From NCBI GenBank assembly GCA_010015805.1, contig ML978130.1, positions 1,240,001 to 1,304,000 on the forward strand: a stretch of 64,000 nucleotides of DNA, written 5' to 3'. Of this stretch, positions 61,547 through 64,000 are shown piece after piece; position 1 is the first letter of the stretch, and every line of letters begins with the position of its first letter. The position numbers and the translations under genes are program-made. The stretch comes from Rhizodiscina lignyota. Lineage: Eukaryota. Under the pieces are notes generated by a model, which saw only the letters and a list, made by a program, of their open reading frames with translations, was not told where the DNA came from and ran no database searches.

Positions 61547-63265
61547 TCAGAGGCGCGCTCCACTCTCAGGAAGCAACAATGTCTCCATCTTCTCTTTCCA
61601 TTTTCCGACCCATTCCTCATCCATAATACTCGCATCGTAAGAGACGCTGAAAATCAAGCCGTAGGGTAAAGTCATGCTTCCGACGAGGAATTCACCTTCC
61701 CTTGCTCTCACTCCGCTACGAGAATTCTTCCAGCGAGCCTCCAGGTCCCAACTCCTTTCCTGGACTGGCACAGAATGTGCCTTGTCATCGAAGAAGTGCT
61801 TCAGCGAGCCAACACTACTAACCCCATTCGTAGACCAGCTTGGGTCTTTGCTTGATGGGTAGTCCCCCTGTGGGTTGAACGGAGACCTTCGCAAGCCGTT
61901 TGGTCGTTTCATGTTCCATCCTCCGTCCAGTTGAGCGATATAGCCACTTGCCAGCAATCTTGACGGACTGTATGCTGCAAGACTGAGTTTCTCAGATGGA
62001 CTTCTAATCCTCTTCTGATACATCCCCAGCTTCCTCTGGCATTGCTTCAGCAGCAATCGAAAGCGGCCGACTTTATCGAGTTCCGACGACAGGAACGGCA
62101 GGGTGAAGCTTGAGCCGAAGCTGAGCATGCATGACTCCGAGGGTTTGTTGTATCCGAAATACGGCTTGGGATTCAGCGGGAACGATATGATCATTGGCTT
62201 CCGCTCCGCAAGCGACACATTGGGATGTCGTTCCTCTTCAAGCTCCATCATTGCGAGCGCAACGAGAGCGAAGCAGGCGGCTCCAACCGTACCGCCAGCA
62301 TTGCGGGTTATCTCCCTGAGATTTTGAAACGCACTGGGCGGGAGTTGGATGAGGCAGTGTCCGGTTTTGAGTGGTGGCCTACGCTCTTCAGAATAGTCAA
62401 GCACGTCGGAATACTTTGGCTCAAGGGTTGGGAATGTTCGTTGCTCGTTTTGAAGCGGGTTTTCGAAGCCGGCTGGAAGAGGTCGTCTCACATGCCGAAG
62501 TATTCGTGCAATGGCCCAGAACCAGCGTTGCCTCGCTTTGCTGCCAGGAATTTGTGGATACAAATCTTCCTGAGCGACGGGAAGGCGGGATTCTATCTCT
62601 GTATGCATGCAATGCTTTTTCAGGTTCTCCAAAAGCTGATACTTCTTGGTATTGAGCAGCCGAATAAAGTGGGACATCCAATGGTAAGTAGACATCCCGT
62701 CCGAAATCTCATGGCCGACGGTCAGGACAAGTTTTAGTGTCGCCTCTCCTTCCCCTCGTTGCTCCCAAGGTAGAACAAATAGTCTCGACAAGCATTTGGA
62801 GGCATCCAAGACACGCGCCGTGTTTGCGCAATGATGGTAGAAGTCGTTGAGATCTACGGCAGTTCCACGCTCTTCTAAGAATGATAGATTCTGTTTAGCC
62901 TCTCGGACTACTTGGTTCACATTCTCGGGTACCCCGATGACAAAGGACCTCTGCTTTTCTGGTCCCTCTTCGACGACTCGAGACATCAGCAGTACATGCT
63001 GAAGTCTCAAGCTTGCCCATGCAAGAAGAACCTTTAGTCGCAGTTGTGCATATGTAAGACGTTGATGCTTCAAATCCAGTGTCAACCCAAAGCTTATGTC
63101 GGCTCTGCCTTCACGGTCTGTTCCGTCATAGCTGAAGAAGTTTTCGACAAGTCCATGAGGTCTCTTGAACGTTGTTCGGCCTTCCTCGTCGACATCCGTT
63201 CGCCAGCGGTAGTAGTTCTTCGCGTATCTGGAGAGCCAATGAGCTTGTGTCGCTTCCGTCGCCAT
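61547..63265 (-). CDS. CoA-dependent acyltransferase fold protein (alcohol acetyltransferase-like)
   Basis: 572-aa intronless ORF; AWASLRLQHVLL and an HxxxDG motif in GHEISDG. Confidence 0.65.
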   Translation of the reverse strand: MATEATQAHWLSRYAKNYYRWRTDVDEEGRTTFKRPHGLVENFFSYDGTDREGRADISFGLTLDLKHQRLTYAQLRLKVLLAWASLRLQHVLLMSRVVEEGPEKQRSFVIGVPENVNQVVREAKQNLSFLEERGTAVDLNDFYHHCANTARVLDASKCLSRLFVLPWEQRGEGEATLKLVLTVGHEISDGMSTYHWMSHFIRLLNTKKYQLLENLKKHCMHTEIESRLPVAQEDLYPQIPGSKARQRWFWAIARILRHVRRPLPAGFENPLQNEQRTFPTLEPKYSDVLDYSEERRPPLKTGHCLIQLPPSAFQNLREITRNAGGTVGAACFALVALAMMELEEERHPNVSLAERKPMIISFPLNPKPYFGYNKPSESCMLSFGSSFTLPFLSSELDKVGRFRLLLKQCQRKLGMYQKRIRSPSEKLSLAAYSPSRLLASGYIAQLDGGWNMKRPNGLRRSPFNPQGDYPSSKDPSWSTNGVSSVGSLKHFFDDKAHSVPVQERSWDLEARWKNSRSGVRAREGEFLVGSMTLPYGLIFSVSYDASIMDEEWVGKWKEKMETLLLPESGARL

Positions 63266-64000
63266 CTTTCAGATATCACCATGATTATTAGCGGTATTTT
63301 CGTTGAGATGGAGATGTGCGGAGTTTTGGTGGGTGTACATATGCACGAGATGTCGTGATGAGCCGACTCCGCCTTTCCTGTGCAACTGATTGGGGAACAG
63401 TGAAAATCTGACATCAATATATGTACCACCGGCCGCCAAACGTCCATTTTTGGAATGAAGTTTTTGAATTAGTCGATCGAATTGAGAGTTTTTCTACGTG
63501 ATCATTTTTCTCCGGTTCTTAAAGAAGTTTCCCGATCGGCAAGGCATCCAAATGGACAAAGCTAACAGCCGGTTTTGAAGACAATTAACGAGTACTAAAT
63601 CGAGCATTTATGAGCGCATCTAGTTTTATTCTCTCTACGTATCTAGAAATATTTCAGCTTTAATCCGTTATCCAGCCACATACTTTCACAAACGACCAAC
63701 CCTAACCCTAAGCCACTGCTTTACACGGACCGAACGTACCTAGCTATGACAACGAACGTCCGTTAATCTGCCTTTGAGAGGCCCACACCTGAGAAACAAA
63801 TCAACTGAAACGGACCGAATGGAGCAACAGCGGAGGAAAGCAAAGCCAACAGTTCTCCACATCCAGCGCACCTGCTCATCGGTCTTATTTCCGGGCTGAG
63901 CCCGTCGCCCCTCACTCCTATTGGGGACATTCCTCAACGTCAATCCTATTGCTTCCGGCGAATTCCTCTCCTTGGCTCCCAAGGAGCCCCAAACTCATGG

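Noticed and set aside
61547..63265. Acyltransferase as part of the PKS cluster
   Set aside because: More than 40 kb away, with several housekeeping genes in between.
63698..63711. Telomere-like CCCTAACCCTAA
   Set aside because: Only two units; expected by chance.

Overview
This is a gene-dense window from a filamentous ascomycete (Pezizomycotina), with short GT-AG introns carrying CTAAC/CTGAC branch sites. Conserved housekeeping genes (APE1; YAH1-UGO1-HapX-like; KDM5) alternate with accessory blocks. The left block holds a highly reducing polyketide synthase ending in a lone condensation domain (KS-AT-DH-degenerate MT-ER-KR-ACP-C, canonical HHxxxDG). It is divergent from a DHA1 exporter and a Dal5-type importer and lies near a C2H2 transcription factor and its decayed tandem paralog. 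The middle holds an intronless family III CoA-transferase, a secreted carboxylesterase and two convergent HET-domain genes, one with premature stops. From 40.6 to 61.5 kb, seven same-orientation intergenic copies of an unexplained element (core GCACTGCAATTTTAGC, homology extending up to about 200 bp) separate accessory genes: HET, small secreted Cys protein, DUF3176-like, MYND, FAD monooxygenase with an in-frame TGA, and rhamnogalacturonase. No rRNA, tRNA, CRISPR or recognisable transposase/recombinase was seen. All family calls come from motif recognition by eye, not database searches.
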